Virus record (IMG/VR): IMGVR_UViG_3300025018_003594
Location: 1-26,127 of that record
Direction: 5' to 3' (one strand)
Length of the DNA: 26,127 nt
Origin: a virus
Lineage: Duplodnaviria > Caudoviricetes
Shown: positions 17,754-25,917 of the stretch, piece after piece
Layout: each line of letters starts with the position of its first letter
Numbering within the stretch: the first letter of the stretch is position 1
Program-made: the position numbers and the translations under genes
The notes under the pieces: model-generated
Databases searched by the model: none
What the model was told of the DNA's origin: nothing
The model's input: only the letters and a program-made list of their open reading frames with translations

Positions 17754-18365
17754 ATGTATAGTATTGTAATACTTATTAAAGAAATCATTATAAAAATACT
17801 TGTATTTTTGATTAAAGGTTATTATTTTCTTTTCAAAAAAGACTACTACAATAAACATCACCTCGAGATTGTCTGGGATAATGGCAATTTAAGAGCTAGT
17901 TGGTTTAACCATAATGACTATGTTGTTCTAAAAGAATCAGAGCTTAATGAAACTTTATTAGAATCAGACCCAGAAGAATTTATTAATTTAGTTCTGAGCG
18001 AAGCAAAAAATTGTAATTTTATTATTTTTGATTGTGGTGATGATGAAAGATTTGTGCAATTCTGGCTCGGGGATGGTGAAATTATGGCGAGTTGGCCGAT
18101 TATCAAAAAAACAAATAAGTTAGGTAAATATATTTATCCAATGCTTGGAGTATTAAATGAATTAGATATTACCCAAAGACCAACAAAAGTTGGTGGTTTG
18201 ATTAGAACTAAGTATCAATATTACGAAGTAAAACAGGAGCGAGATTTTAAAGATTACCAAATTCATTTTGCTGATAATATTGATGAAGCTACTAGATTTA
18301 CAACTGTTATCTTTACCAAAGTCTTTAAGCAAGATCTTGATAAGTTAAGATTTAAATTAGGTTAA
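17754..18365 (+). CDS. Hypothetical protein with hydrophobic N-terminus, 203 aa
   Basis: Starts 8 nt after the hsdR stop on the same strand. No family recognised with confidence. Confidence 0.65.
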   Translation: MYSIVILIKEIIIKILVFLIKGYYFLFKKDYYNKHHLEIVWDNGNLRASWFNHNDYVVLKESELNETLLESDPEEFINLVLSEAKNCNFIIFDCGDDERFVQFWLGDGEIMASWPIIKKTNKLGKYIYPMLGVLNELDITQRPTKVGGLIRTKYQYYEVKQERDFKDYQIHFADNIDEATRFTTVIFTKVFKQDLDKLRFKLG

Positions 18366-19778
18366 TATTTTTTTAAGCTCTCTCCAAATCTCCACCATCG
18401 CCCAAGTATCCAACTTACAATAAGTCAATAAATTGCTAGCAATAGCATCTCTTTCAGCCTGAACAATATCTCCATACACCATCTCATGCCATTTGATCAT
18501 AGCTGTTGCACCCTCGCCAATTTCCAAAGTTTTGTAGCTAAGTTCTGGAGCTAAAATTGGCAACACTTTTTTAATTGATGCACTTCCATGAAATTTATTA
18601 TCAACATAAAGACCTTTTGAAAATACTTCCATCAAATCAAAAGTTCTTTTGTTGATACTGGCTAATTGCTCTGCATATTCTGGAACAAGCGCTCCTAATT
18701 CTTCATTTCTGCCACACTCAAAGCCTTTATTCCACACAATGATTGTGCCAGTCTCTCCAATTACATCACACAGTGCTTTGGCTAATTCTGGAGCTGGGTC
18801 ATCTTTTTCTCTGGCTAAGAATTCATAATGTTTAAACTCGCTACTCTCAGGAGATTCAGCTACATGAATAGAAAATTGAGTTGTAATTTGCTGGTATGGT
18901 CCATAGTTGTCATACATTGGCAAAGCTTCAGCGTAGGTTTCGTAATCTAAAAAATATAATGGAAACTCTAATCCATCCAACTGTTTTTTAATTGCTTCAT
19001 GTTTGATTATTGGCTTACCACTTCTAATAGATTGAATCTGTAACTTTTGTTTAGTAGATGTTTTAAAAGTATCAGGAATGTCCTTGATTAAACCAACTCC
19101 CATATCAATTAGTTCAGCATATTGTTTTTTACTACCTCTATTCAAATCATAAATTGGATAAGCTGGTAATTCTGGGAAACAAATAGTTGGATACGAGCAA
19201 GTTCCTGGATTAAAACAATGTTCATCACTAGGTATAGTTTCTAGTCTCAGAGTTGACCAAGCATCAGAGCGAAGTTGATATACTTCATCTTCTTTTTTAG
19301 CAATCTCATCCTCCATGTCTTCAATCACAAATAGTTGTTGCAGATCAATTTCTCCATCACGTCTATAATCACTATTTACTATTACTAAATATGTTTTATT
19401 AATCGATAGTGTCGCCTTACCTACCAAGTATTGAAAAGTCACGTCATACTTATGTTCAGTATGAATAGTGGTACTACTTTTTATTTCATATAAATCATAG
19501 GTGTTATTTGTTTTGTCATGAACTAAGGCATCGATACGTGATTGATAGTTGCCATCAGTCAATGTTTCTTCAAATGAAATAGTGGTTCCAGCTGGGTATT
19601 CGCGAGCAACTTTTTTTTCTAAAAATACTTTAGCCAATTTCTCAATTTCATAACCTTGCTTCATGATATGTTGGTCGTAGACAGAAACAGGCTTAGGAGT
19701 GACCTCAGAACGAGATTTTAGCCACATGTGGAGTGGTGAATCTAAATATTCAATAAAAAGTGATTTTGTTAATTTCAT
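18357..19778 (-). CDS. DUF2779-family protein: RecB/Cas4-like nuclease domain plus RNase H-like (DEDD) domain, 473 aa
   Basis: RIDAL...LYEIKSST...DVTFQ, Cys cluster CFNPGTC....C, PLYFLDYET, WNKGFE, SIKKVLP and YCKLDT. Confidence 0.85.
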   Translation of the reverse strand: MKLTKSLFIEYLDSPLHMWLKSRSEVTPKPVSVYDQHIMKQGYEIEKLAKVFLEKKVAREYPAGTTISFEETLTDGNYQSRIDALVHDKTNNTYDLYEIKSSTTIHTEHKYDVTFQYLVGKATLSINKTYLVIVNSDYRRDGEIDLQQLFVIEDMEDEIAKKEDEVYQLRSDAWSTLRLETIPSDEHCFNPGTCSYPTICFPELPAYPIYDLNRGSKKQYAELIDMGVGLIKDIPDTFKTSTKQKLQIQSIRSGKPIIKHEAIKKQLDGLEFPLYFLDYETYAEALPMYDNYGPYQQITTQFSIHVAESPESSEFKHYEFLAREKDDPAPELAKALCDVIGETGTIIVWNKGFECGRNEELGALVPEYAEQLASINKRTFDLMEVFSKGLYVDNKFHGSASIKKVLPILAPELSYKTLEIGEGATAMIKWHEMVYGDIVQAERDAIASNLLTYCKLDTWAMVEIWRELKKILT

Positions 19779-19854
19779 TACAACTCATTATATCGTTAAA
19801 ATAGACCAAAATGGTGTTAAACTAGAGTCAAATAATAAACATAATTTTTGATAT

Positions 19855-20325
19855 ATGAAACAAAAAACAAAACTAGAATCTGTAGCTGTTGGAGTCACAG
19901 GTGAATATTATGTTGCTGGTGAATTAAGTCATCGAGGCTATATTTCTTCAATCACCCTTCGCAATACTAGAGGAATTGACATTATTGTCAGTAACAAAGA
20001 AGGAACAAAATCAGCCACTATCCAAGTAAAAAGCACTCAAAATAATATGAAAAACAGTTGGATTCTAACCCAGAAGTCTGAAGATTTCTTTTCTGAAAAT
20101 CATTTTTATATTTTTGTAAATTTAGATGAGCCTGGGATAAGACCAAAGTTTTTTGTTGTTCCAAGTGAAGTAGTTGCTCAATACATATCAACCAGTCACA
20201 AAAACTGGCTCAACAAACCTGGTAGAAATGGTCAGCAACACAATGATAATCAAATGAGACGATTTGACGATTTAGAAGGACAATATTTAGAGGCTTGGAG
20301 TCTTATTGAAAATCATTTGAAATAA
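19855..20325 (+). CDS. Small PD-(D/E)XK (Hjc-like) endonuclease-family protein, 156 aa
   Basis: GVTGEYYVAGEL..RGY...GIDII...IQVKS: E..D..QxK nuclease pattern. Confidence 0.75.
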   Translation: MKQKTKLESVAVGVTGEYYVAGELSHRGYISSITLRNTRGIDIIVSNKEGTKSATIQVKSTQNNMKNSWILTQKSEDFFSENHFYIFVNLDEPGIRPKFFVVPSEVVAQYISTSHKNWLNKPGRNGQQHNDNQMRRFDDLEGQYLEAWSLIENHLK

Positions 20326-20380
20326 ACAAAGTGATTTGGAAAAATATCTTTTTTAGAATTTACCTAAGTATAATTTTGAT

Positions 20381-20405
20381 TTATGCTAACTATTAGTTAG
20401 CATAA
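20381..20405. promoter_or_regulatory. Perfect 25-bp palindrome (putative operator) just before the zinc-ribbon gene
   Basis: TTATGCTAACTA-T-TAGTTAGCATAA, between TATAAT (20369-20374) and ATG 20407. Confidence 0.7.
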
Positions 20406-20406
20406 T

Positions 20407-22032
20407 ATGTCATTTCAATATCTGAAATCACAACAAGATTACGAAGATCGCTATGATTTAGGCACGATCAGAGAATGTCTTAGACAACTCGAGATGATTG
20501 ATGGGATTGGCGAGAAGCTCAGAGTTGAACCAAAGTTTGAGAAATATCCTGAATCCGAACATGAGAAAAACATGGGAATTTTTAGAGGCAGATTTATTTT
20601 TGTAATAAAAGCATCGAGGTACAAAAACCGTGCTTCAACCATTGAGGAATGGATGGAAGCGGATCGAACCAAGCAAGATAAGCAAGACAATACTCCAATT
20701 CCAAAGGCTGATTGTCCAGTTTGTGGTACTGTCTTGGTCAATGATGGTTTACATCACTTGGTTGATTGGGATGATGATAAACCCATGAGAGTTTTATTTA
20801 CCCTCAAATGCCTAAAGTGTAAAAAGCGTCACGGTGTTTATGATGATGGAGAGTTTTATGTTTCAAAATCAGATTTTTGCCCTGATTGTAAAGAAGAACT
20901 AGAAGTGAAAAGCAATAGAAAAGGTGAGGTAATTACAACTCGCTACAAGTGTAAGAGCTGTGGGTATTCAAACAAAGATACTTATGACCTTAAGAAGAGC
21001 GACGAAGAACATAAAAAATGGGAAGAAGATCAAGCAAAGAAGGATCTTGAAGATAAGCAGTTACTTGAAAAATATCGAGATCAGTTTTGTCTGTCTGATA
21101 AAGAAGGCAAAGAATATGTTGAAAGTCTTGAAGCTTTGGAAGTAGCTCAGGAAGTAAAAGCTGAAGTTCTAGCAGAAATGGACACTCCTGCTCATGAGAA
21201 ACTGCTCTCAGTAAACAAAATCTCAATTACCGATCTTGAAAAATTAGTTAATAAAGCACTGGAAAAAAGTGGTTTTACTCGTCTATCGTTTGGTAATCCA
21301 GATATGGATAGATATGTATTAGTTCCTTTTACTGTTCAAGAAGCCAAGCCTAAGCGACGAGATCGTGAAAGTGTCTCGAATCTATATGACTTATTAAAAC
21401 AAGCACTCAAAGACACCAACTGGCGAGTACCCAAAGATACGATCAGTTATCGTTTGGGCTTCCTCACAGGCAAACTCAAAGGATATGAGCTAGAAGATGA
21501 CTTACTCAAACTCTTTGGCAAAGAAGAACCAAAGAAACCTAAATCAAAGCTTGATCCTGAGTTCCGAGCAAAGTATGAGCATCATCACTTAGTACAAATG
21601 GCTCGAATGGGTGCTGAATATGAAGCAACCAAACAAATTAGAACTCGCAGATTAAAGAATGAGCCTGATGGATTTTACCTGAATGATGGTGGTCGAGGTT
21701 ATACTTGCGGAATCTGCAGAAGATCACATGACGGTGAAGATATTTGGTGGCGACCAGATGGATTGAGATGTCGTGATTGTTGGAGAAATATTCAGGAGGG
21801 AGTTATTCCCGTGCTCAATCTTGATAAAGAGTGGTGGGAGGAAGACCACTTCACAAAATTTGAAGTTGATTATTACTATGGTGTCAAAACTCAATCAATT
21901 AAAAAGCTAAGGCGCGAGGGTATTTTGGTTGGAAGAGATCTAAAAGATGAAAATGGGTATGTCTACGAAACTGTTTTTTTGGTGAGCGAAAATCAGAAAT
22001 TCCTTAAAGATCATCCACGAAAAGAGAGGTAG
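20407..22032 (+). CDS. Hypothetical multi-zinc-ribbon protein with possible C-terminal winged HTH, 541 aa
   Basis: Six CxxC motifs (CPVC, CLKC, CPDC, CKSC, CGIC, CRDC). The tail FEVDYYYGVKTQSIKKLRREGIL resembles a MerR/Xis-type HTH. Confidence 0.75.
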   Translation: MSFQYLKSQQDYEDRYDLGTIRECLRQLEMIDGIGEKLRVEPKFEKYPESEHEKNMGIFRGRFIFVIKASRYKNRASTIEEWMEADRTKQDKQDNTPIPKADCPVCGTVLVNDGLHHLVDWDDDKPMRVLFTLKCLKCKKRHGVYDDGEFYVSKSDFCPDCKEELEVKSNRKGEVITTRYKCKSCGYSNKDTYDLKKSDEEHKKWEEDQAKKDLEDKQLLEKYRDQFCLSDKEGKEYVESLEALEVAQEVKAEVLAEMDTPAHEKLLSVNKISITDLEKLVNKALEKSGFTRLSFGNPDMDRYVLVPFTVQEAKPKRRDRESVSNLYDLLKQALKDTNWRVPKDTISYRLGFLTGKLKGYELEDDLLKLFGKEEPKKPKSKLDPEFRAKYEHHHLVQMARMGAEYEATKQIRTRRLKNEPDGFYLNDGGRGYTCGICRRSHDGEDIWWRPDGLRCRDCWRNIQEGVIPVLNLDKEWWEEDHFTKFEVDYYYGVKTQSIKKLRREGILVGRDLKDENGYVYETVFLVSENQKFLKDHPRKER

Positions 22033-22056
22033 ATTGATCCATATATAACTTGCTTC

Positions 22057-22092
22057 TTTACTTTTTACGCTTAATGCGTAAAATAGTGCGTA
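22057..22092 (+). promoter_or_regulatory. Putative lexA promoter with overlapping palindromic operator
   Basis: TTTACT-N16-TAAAAT (22057-22084). Inverted repeat TTTTACGC-TTAAT-GCGTAAAA (22063-22083) and an extra TGCGTA half-site (22087-22092) touching the ATG. Confidence 0.6.
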
Positions 22093-22712
22093 TGAATAAA
22101 AAACTGACTTCTAAACAGAAGCAAGTTCTATCAACAATCATTGATTTAATCCAGAAACTTGGGCATGAGCCTACTCTAGAGCAAGTGAGATCTGCACTAG
22201 ATTACACTAGCACTAGCTCAGTCCAAAGACACACAGATTCTCTCAAGGAATTAGGTTACCTTAGTAAATCTCGTGGATTATCTCTTCCAGATACAGACCA
22301 AACCGTACAAATTCCTTTAGTGGGAAATGTTGCATGTGGTGCTCCACTCTTAGCAATTGAAAATATTGAGGCATACATTCCCTATGACTCAACAGGTCTG
22401 AGGGGAAATAGTGATGACTATTTTTTCCTTAGAGCAGTTGGTGACAGTATGGATGCTACTAATGTTAATGGCAAAACCATTGATGATGGTGATTATGTTC
22501 TAGTTAAGAAACAGGATTACCCCGATTTCGGAAAAAGAATAGTCGCTTTAATTGGTGAGAATGCCACTATTAAAAGGCTAAAACGTGGAGATGGTCATAT
22601 TATTCTTGAGCCAGAATCTAACAATCCAGCAAATAAACCTATTTACGTGTTTGAAGAAATCTCAGTTCAAGGTGTAGCTGAGGATGTAATTAAGAAAGGC
22701 TTTAATGATTGA
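22092..22712 (+). CDS. lexA: LexA-family repressor (wHTH + S24 autopeptidase), 206 aa from ATG 22092
   Basis: LTSKQ..VL...G..PT..Q......S.SSVQRH...L...GYL, IPLVGNVACGAP cleavage loop, GDSM catalytic Ser and ATIKR catalytic Lys. Confidence 0.9.
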   Translation: MNKKLTSKQKQVLSTIIDLIQKLGHEPTLEQVRSALDYTSTSSVQRHTDSLKELGYLSKSRGLSLPDTDQTVQIPLVGNVACGAPLLAIENIEAYIPYDSTGLRGNSDDYFFLRAVGDSMDATNVNGKTIDDGDYVLVKKQDYPDFGKRIVALIGENATIKRLKRGDGHIILEPESNNPANKPIYVFEEISVQGVAEDVIKKGFND

Positions 22713-23193
22713 ACTAATAGGAAATATTTCCGATATTGCTAGCTTAGTAATAATATTGGCAACAGTTCTAGCTTGGTTTAAGGGTATACTGCCTGCTGTT
22801 ATTAGATTAGGCCTTGGTTTAGCTAAAAGAAAAATTGTGGTTTTTGCAAAATCTGATAACGCCATAAGCTTAATAAGCTTGTTAACAGACTCTAAGCTTA
22901 TTTCAAAAAATAATATCTCTCAAATAACTAAGAAAGATGATTTTGGAAAAGCCAGTGAAGCCACCCTCTTTTTGGTTTATTGGCCAGACTGGAAAAAAGA
23001 CTTAATTAATATTAAAAATCTCAAGCGTGATAGCGACGCTCTTGTAATTTATGCTCCCAAATCAGAAGGTTATATTCCTGATGATTTGATGGCAGAACTT
23101 GACTCAGCGAGAAATGTTACCGTCGTGAATTTCCGTGGACGATTACTTAACGATATAGTGACCGCCATGATAACAACTGGATACACAAAATGA
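22705..23193 (+). CDS. N-terminal TM helix plus small alpha/beta (Rossmann/receiver-like) domain; putative CBASS effector, 162 aa
   Basis: Hydrophobic IASLVIILATVLAWF, then alternating strands (KIVVFA, LFLVYW, ALVIYA, VTVVN) and helices. Lies immediately upstream of the CD-NTase. The effector role is inferred from position. Confidence 0.6.
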   Translation: MIELIGNISDIASLVIILATVLAWFKGILPAVIRLGLGLAKRKIVVFAKSDNAISLISLLTDSKLISKNNISQITKKDDFGKASEATLFLVYWPDWKKDLINIKNLKRDSDALVIYAPKSEGYIPDDLMAELDSARNVTVVNFRGRLLNDIVTAMITTGYTK

Positions 23194-23208
23194 TAAAAGT
23201 AAGAAGTT

Positions 23209-24528
23209 ATGATAAAACCTGAAATAAATGAACTGCTTAGACAATATGTTAGAGACAACTTATCCCCAGATGAAAAAGATAGAACTTTTGTTTCAAATAT
23301 ATACGATTCTTTTACTGAGCTCCTAAATAACAACTGCATACAAATAGGTTCTTATCCAAGATTTACTTCAATAAGACCTCTCCATGATTTGGACATCCTT
23401 TATATATTGGGTCAGTGGAATCAATACGCACACAATCCTCAATCCGCACTTTCAAAACTATTTGAATCAGTAAAAGCTGATTATAAAAATCCAACAAATT
23501 ACACGGTAAAAGTTTCGCTACAAACTCATTCCGTTACAGTTGCATACATGGATGGCGATAAAGAAATATTTTCAGTTGATATAGTTCCAGCATACATTTT
23601 TTCTAAAAACGAATTTCAACTAGACACTTATAAAGTGCCGGAGTTGTTGAGAAAAAGACATGGCAACAAGAGAAATGAGTTTTATCAGCAGCTTGCTATT
23701 CAAGGTCGAGAAATGGGATGGATTGATTCTGATCCAAGGGGCTATATAAAAGTTGCGTCAGATATTAATAAATCTAACAATGATTTTAGAAAGTCAGTTA
23801 AATTTGTCAAAGCATGGGCCAATTCTTACAAGGAAGAATATGATGACTTTAAGATGAAATCCTTTCATATTGAACAACTCATCACAATTCAATATAAATT
23901 GAATTCTAACCTTGAAATATTTGATGCAATTTTTAATTTCTTTTTACAGTTACCAGATTCTTTTTCTAGACCACAAATTACTGACAGAGCTGACAGCACA
24001 AGATATATCGACGATTATATTAAAGACTTAACTCAAGCACAGAGAGACCTAATATTAGAAGCAAGAAACCAGTTTTTATCTCAACTAGAGAGTATCTATT
24101 TTGATGTCGAAATTGAAGATTTGCTGCAACCAGTACTTTATACAAGATTACCATCAGAAGATTTCCTTTTTGACAGACAAATACCAACTCTTACAGAGAC
24201 AACTATGACTATTGAGGGATGGATACAAAAAAACGGAAATGACTTTCGTAGACTTACTCAACAAGGTTTTATTGATAACGGGCTGAAGATAAAATTTAGG
24301 CTTCATATGGGGGTTGATTGCGATGAATATTGGTGGAAAGTTAAAAATGACAATAACTGTGAACAGCCAAGAGGAGATATAACAGTTGGCAATACAAAGA
24401 ATGTTCCTGAAGACACGAAGTATCCTGGGAATCATTATGTTGAGTGCTATGCAATTCGTGATGGAATTTGTGTTGCTAAAGCTAGACAAAATGTTGTTAT
24501 AAAGCATCAAAGTAAAAAGTATTATTAA
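23209..24528 (+). CDS. CD-NTase (cGAS/DncV-like, SMODS) nucleotidyltransferase with C-terminal AGS-C domain, 439 aa
   Basis: IGSYPRFTSIRPLHDLDIL (GS...DxD), SVDIVPA third Asp, W..SDP, VKAW and KSFHIE. The C-terminus WKVKN...RG.I...EDTKYPGNHYVECYAI..G.CVA is the AGS-C signature. Confidence 0.88.
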   Translation: MIKPEINELLRQYVRDNLSPDEKDRTFVSNIYDSFTELLNNNCIQIGSYPRFTSIRPLHDLDILYILGQWNQYAHNPQSALSKLFESVKADYKNPTNYTVKVSLQTHSVTVAYMDGDKEIFSVDIVPAYIFSKNEFQLDTYKVPELLRKRHGNKRNEFYQQLAIQGREMGWIDSDPRGYIKVASDINKSNNDFRKSVKFVKAWANSYKEEYDDFKMKSFHIEQLITIQYKLNSNLEIFDAIFNFFLQLPDSFSRPQITDRADSTRYIDDYIKDLTQAQRDLILEARNQFLSQLESIYFDVEIEDLLQPVLYTRLPSEDFLFDRQIPTLTETTMTIEGWIQKNGNDFRRLTQQGFIDNGLKIKFRLHMGVDCDEYWWKVKNDNNCEQPRGDITVGNTKNVPEDTKYPGNHYVECYAIRDGICVAKARQNVVIKHQSKKYY

Positions 24529-24540
24529 TATTGAATCATT

Positions 24541-25863
24541 ATGAAAAAAATCAAAGTATCCATCCGCGACGAACAGACATTAGAGTTACAAGAAGACGGT
24601 CAAAAAGGCGATTTAATTGATCTTTCCTCACTCCATGACCTAGATATAGATAAATCCACTATTAAAAGTGTTGTAAATTCTATTAAAAAAGATCATTTTG
24701 ACGAGGAAGTTGAGAAAGTACGTAAAACTGTTGAGCAACAAAAAGAATTAGAAGCTCAACTCAAAGAACAAAAACTCCTAGAAAAAATTGCAGTCTTGGA
24801 GAAAGAAAAAGAATCAGCTGTTAAGTTGGCTGAAGCCAATGCTAAGAACTTATCACAAGAAGATATAGCCAAAAAAGAAGCTGAAATTACCAGACTTCAA
24901 TCTCAAATAGAAGCTGCCCAAACAGAAAAGAAATTGGCTGTCACAGAAGCTCTCAAGGTGGTTGAAAAAGAACGCGATGAGCTAGTTCACAAGCTTGATA
25001 AAAAGGATTCGGAGTCAAAACTTCTTACTACCTCTATCAAAGAAAAATATGAAAATGAACTCAAGAGTAAAGAGGAAATGATTGAGTATTACAAGGATTT
25101 GAAGGTCAAAGCCTCGACCAAAATGCTTGGTGAAACTCTTGAACAGCACTGTGAAATTGAATTCAATAAGCTTAGAGCCACTGCTTTTCAAAATGCCTAC
25201 TTTGAAAAAGATAATGAGGGTAACGCAAAGGGCAGTACAAAAGGAGATTACATCTATCGTGAGACTAATGATCAAGGTGTAGAAATCATTAGCATCATGT
25301 TTGAAATGAAGAACGAAGGCGACGATACAGAGAATAAAAAGAAAAATGAAGATTTCTTTAAAAAGCTCGATAAAGATAGAAATGACAAGGGTTGTGAGTA
25401 TGCAGTACTCGTTTCATTACTAGAAGCTGATAACGAGCTCTATAACACTGGAATTGTAGATGTCTCACATAAATATCCCAAAATGTATGTCATTAGGCCT
25501 CAATTCTTCATTCCAATGATCACTTTGCTTAGAAATGCCGCTTTAAATTCGCTTAAATATAAAACAGAATTGGCTATAGTTAAGAGTCAAAACATTGATA
25601 TTACCAAGTTTGAAGATGAAGTAACTGGCTGGAAAGATAGCTGGTTGAGATCAATGAAATATGCGGGTCAGCAACATGTTGAAGCAGTTGAGCAAATCAA
25701 CAAAGCGATAAAAGATCTTGAAAAAGTAAGAGATGCTTTAACACTTTCAGATAAACACTTGCTCACAGCAGAAAATAAGATGGACGATCTCACTATCAAA
25801 CGGCTCACCAGAGGTAATCCAACTATGAAGGAGAAGTTTGAGGAGTTGAAAAAAGATAAGTAG
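24541..25863 (+). CDS. DUF2130-family coiled-coil protein with C-terminal nuclease-like domain, 440 aa
   Basis: Long EK-rich coiled coil, then STKMLGETLEQHC, FEKDN, KGDYIYRE, IMFEMKNE, CEYAVLVSLLE and KMYVIRPQFFIP. Confidence 0.85.
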   Translation: MKKIKVSIRDEQTLELQEDGQKGDLIDLSSLHDLDIDKSTIKSVVNSIKKDHFDEEVEKVRKTVEQQKELEAQLKEQKLLEKIAVLEKEKESAVKLAEANAKNLSQEDIAKKEAEITRLQSQIEAAQTEKKLAVTEALKVVEKERDELVHKLDKKDSESKLLTTSIKEKYENELKSKEEMIEYYKDLKVKASTKMLGETLEQHCEIEFNKLRATAFQNAYFEKDNEGNAKGSTKGDYIYRETNDQGVEIISIMFEMKNEGDDTENKKKNEDFFKKLDKDRNDKGCEYAVLVSLLEADNELYNTGIVDVSHKYPKMYVIRPQFFIPMITLLRNAALNSLKYKTELAIVKSQNIDITKFEDEVTGWKDSWLRSMKYAGQQHVEAVEQINKAIKDLEKVRDALTLSDKHLLTAENKMDDLTIKRLTRGNPTMKEKFEELKKDK

Positions 25864-25917
25864 TATTTAATATATCAAAATATATCGTTACTAAAACAAG
25901 ACACTCCCTTTTTATAC

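Larger units (their letters stand above)
156..25863. mobile_element. Putative integrative defence island / phage-satellite-like element (boundaries not determined)
   Basis: Large serine recombinase, terminase plus methylase module, XRE and LexA-like regulators, and dense defence cargo (type I R-M, Shedu, CD-NTase, several nucleases). No clear housekeeping gene in 26 kb. att sites not located. Confidence 0.6.

Noticed and set aside
18357-19778. CRISPR-Cas locus suggested by the Cas4-like domain
   Set aside because: No repeat-spacer array and no cas1/cas2 or effector genes seen. The protein fits DUF2779.
22092-22712. Host's global SOS repressor
   Set aside because: Not excluded, but it lies among accessory genes, is coupled to the CBASS-like genes, and no canonical SOS box was noticed. 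Treated as a local regulator pending a genome-wide check.
610-25275. Short antisense or alternate-frame ORFs in the track (e.g. 610-1017, 1977-2222, 5743-6003, 9351-9563, 17196-17630, 20451-20741, 24154-24510, 25015-25275)
   Set aside because: They overlap longer motif-bearing genes, mostly entirely, and show no recognisable motifs. They are best read as shadow ORFs.
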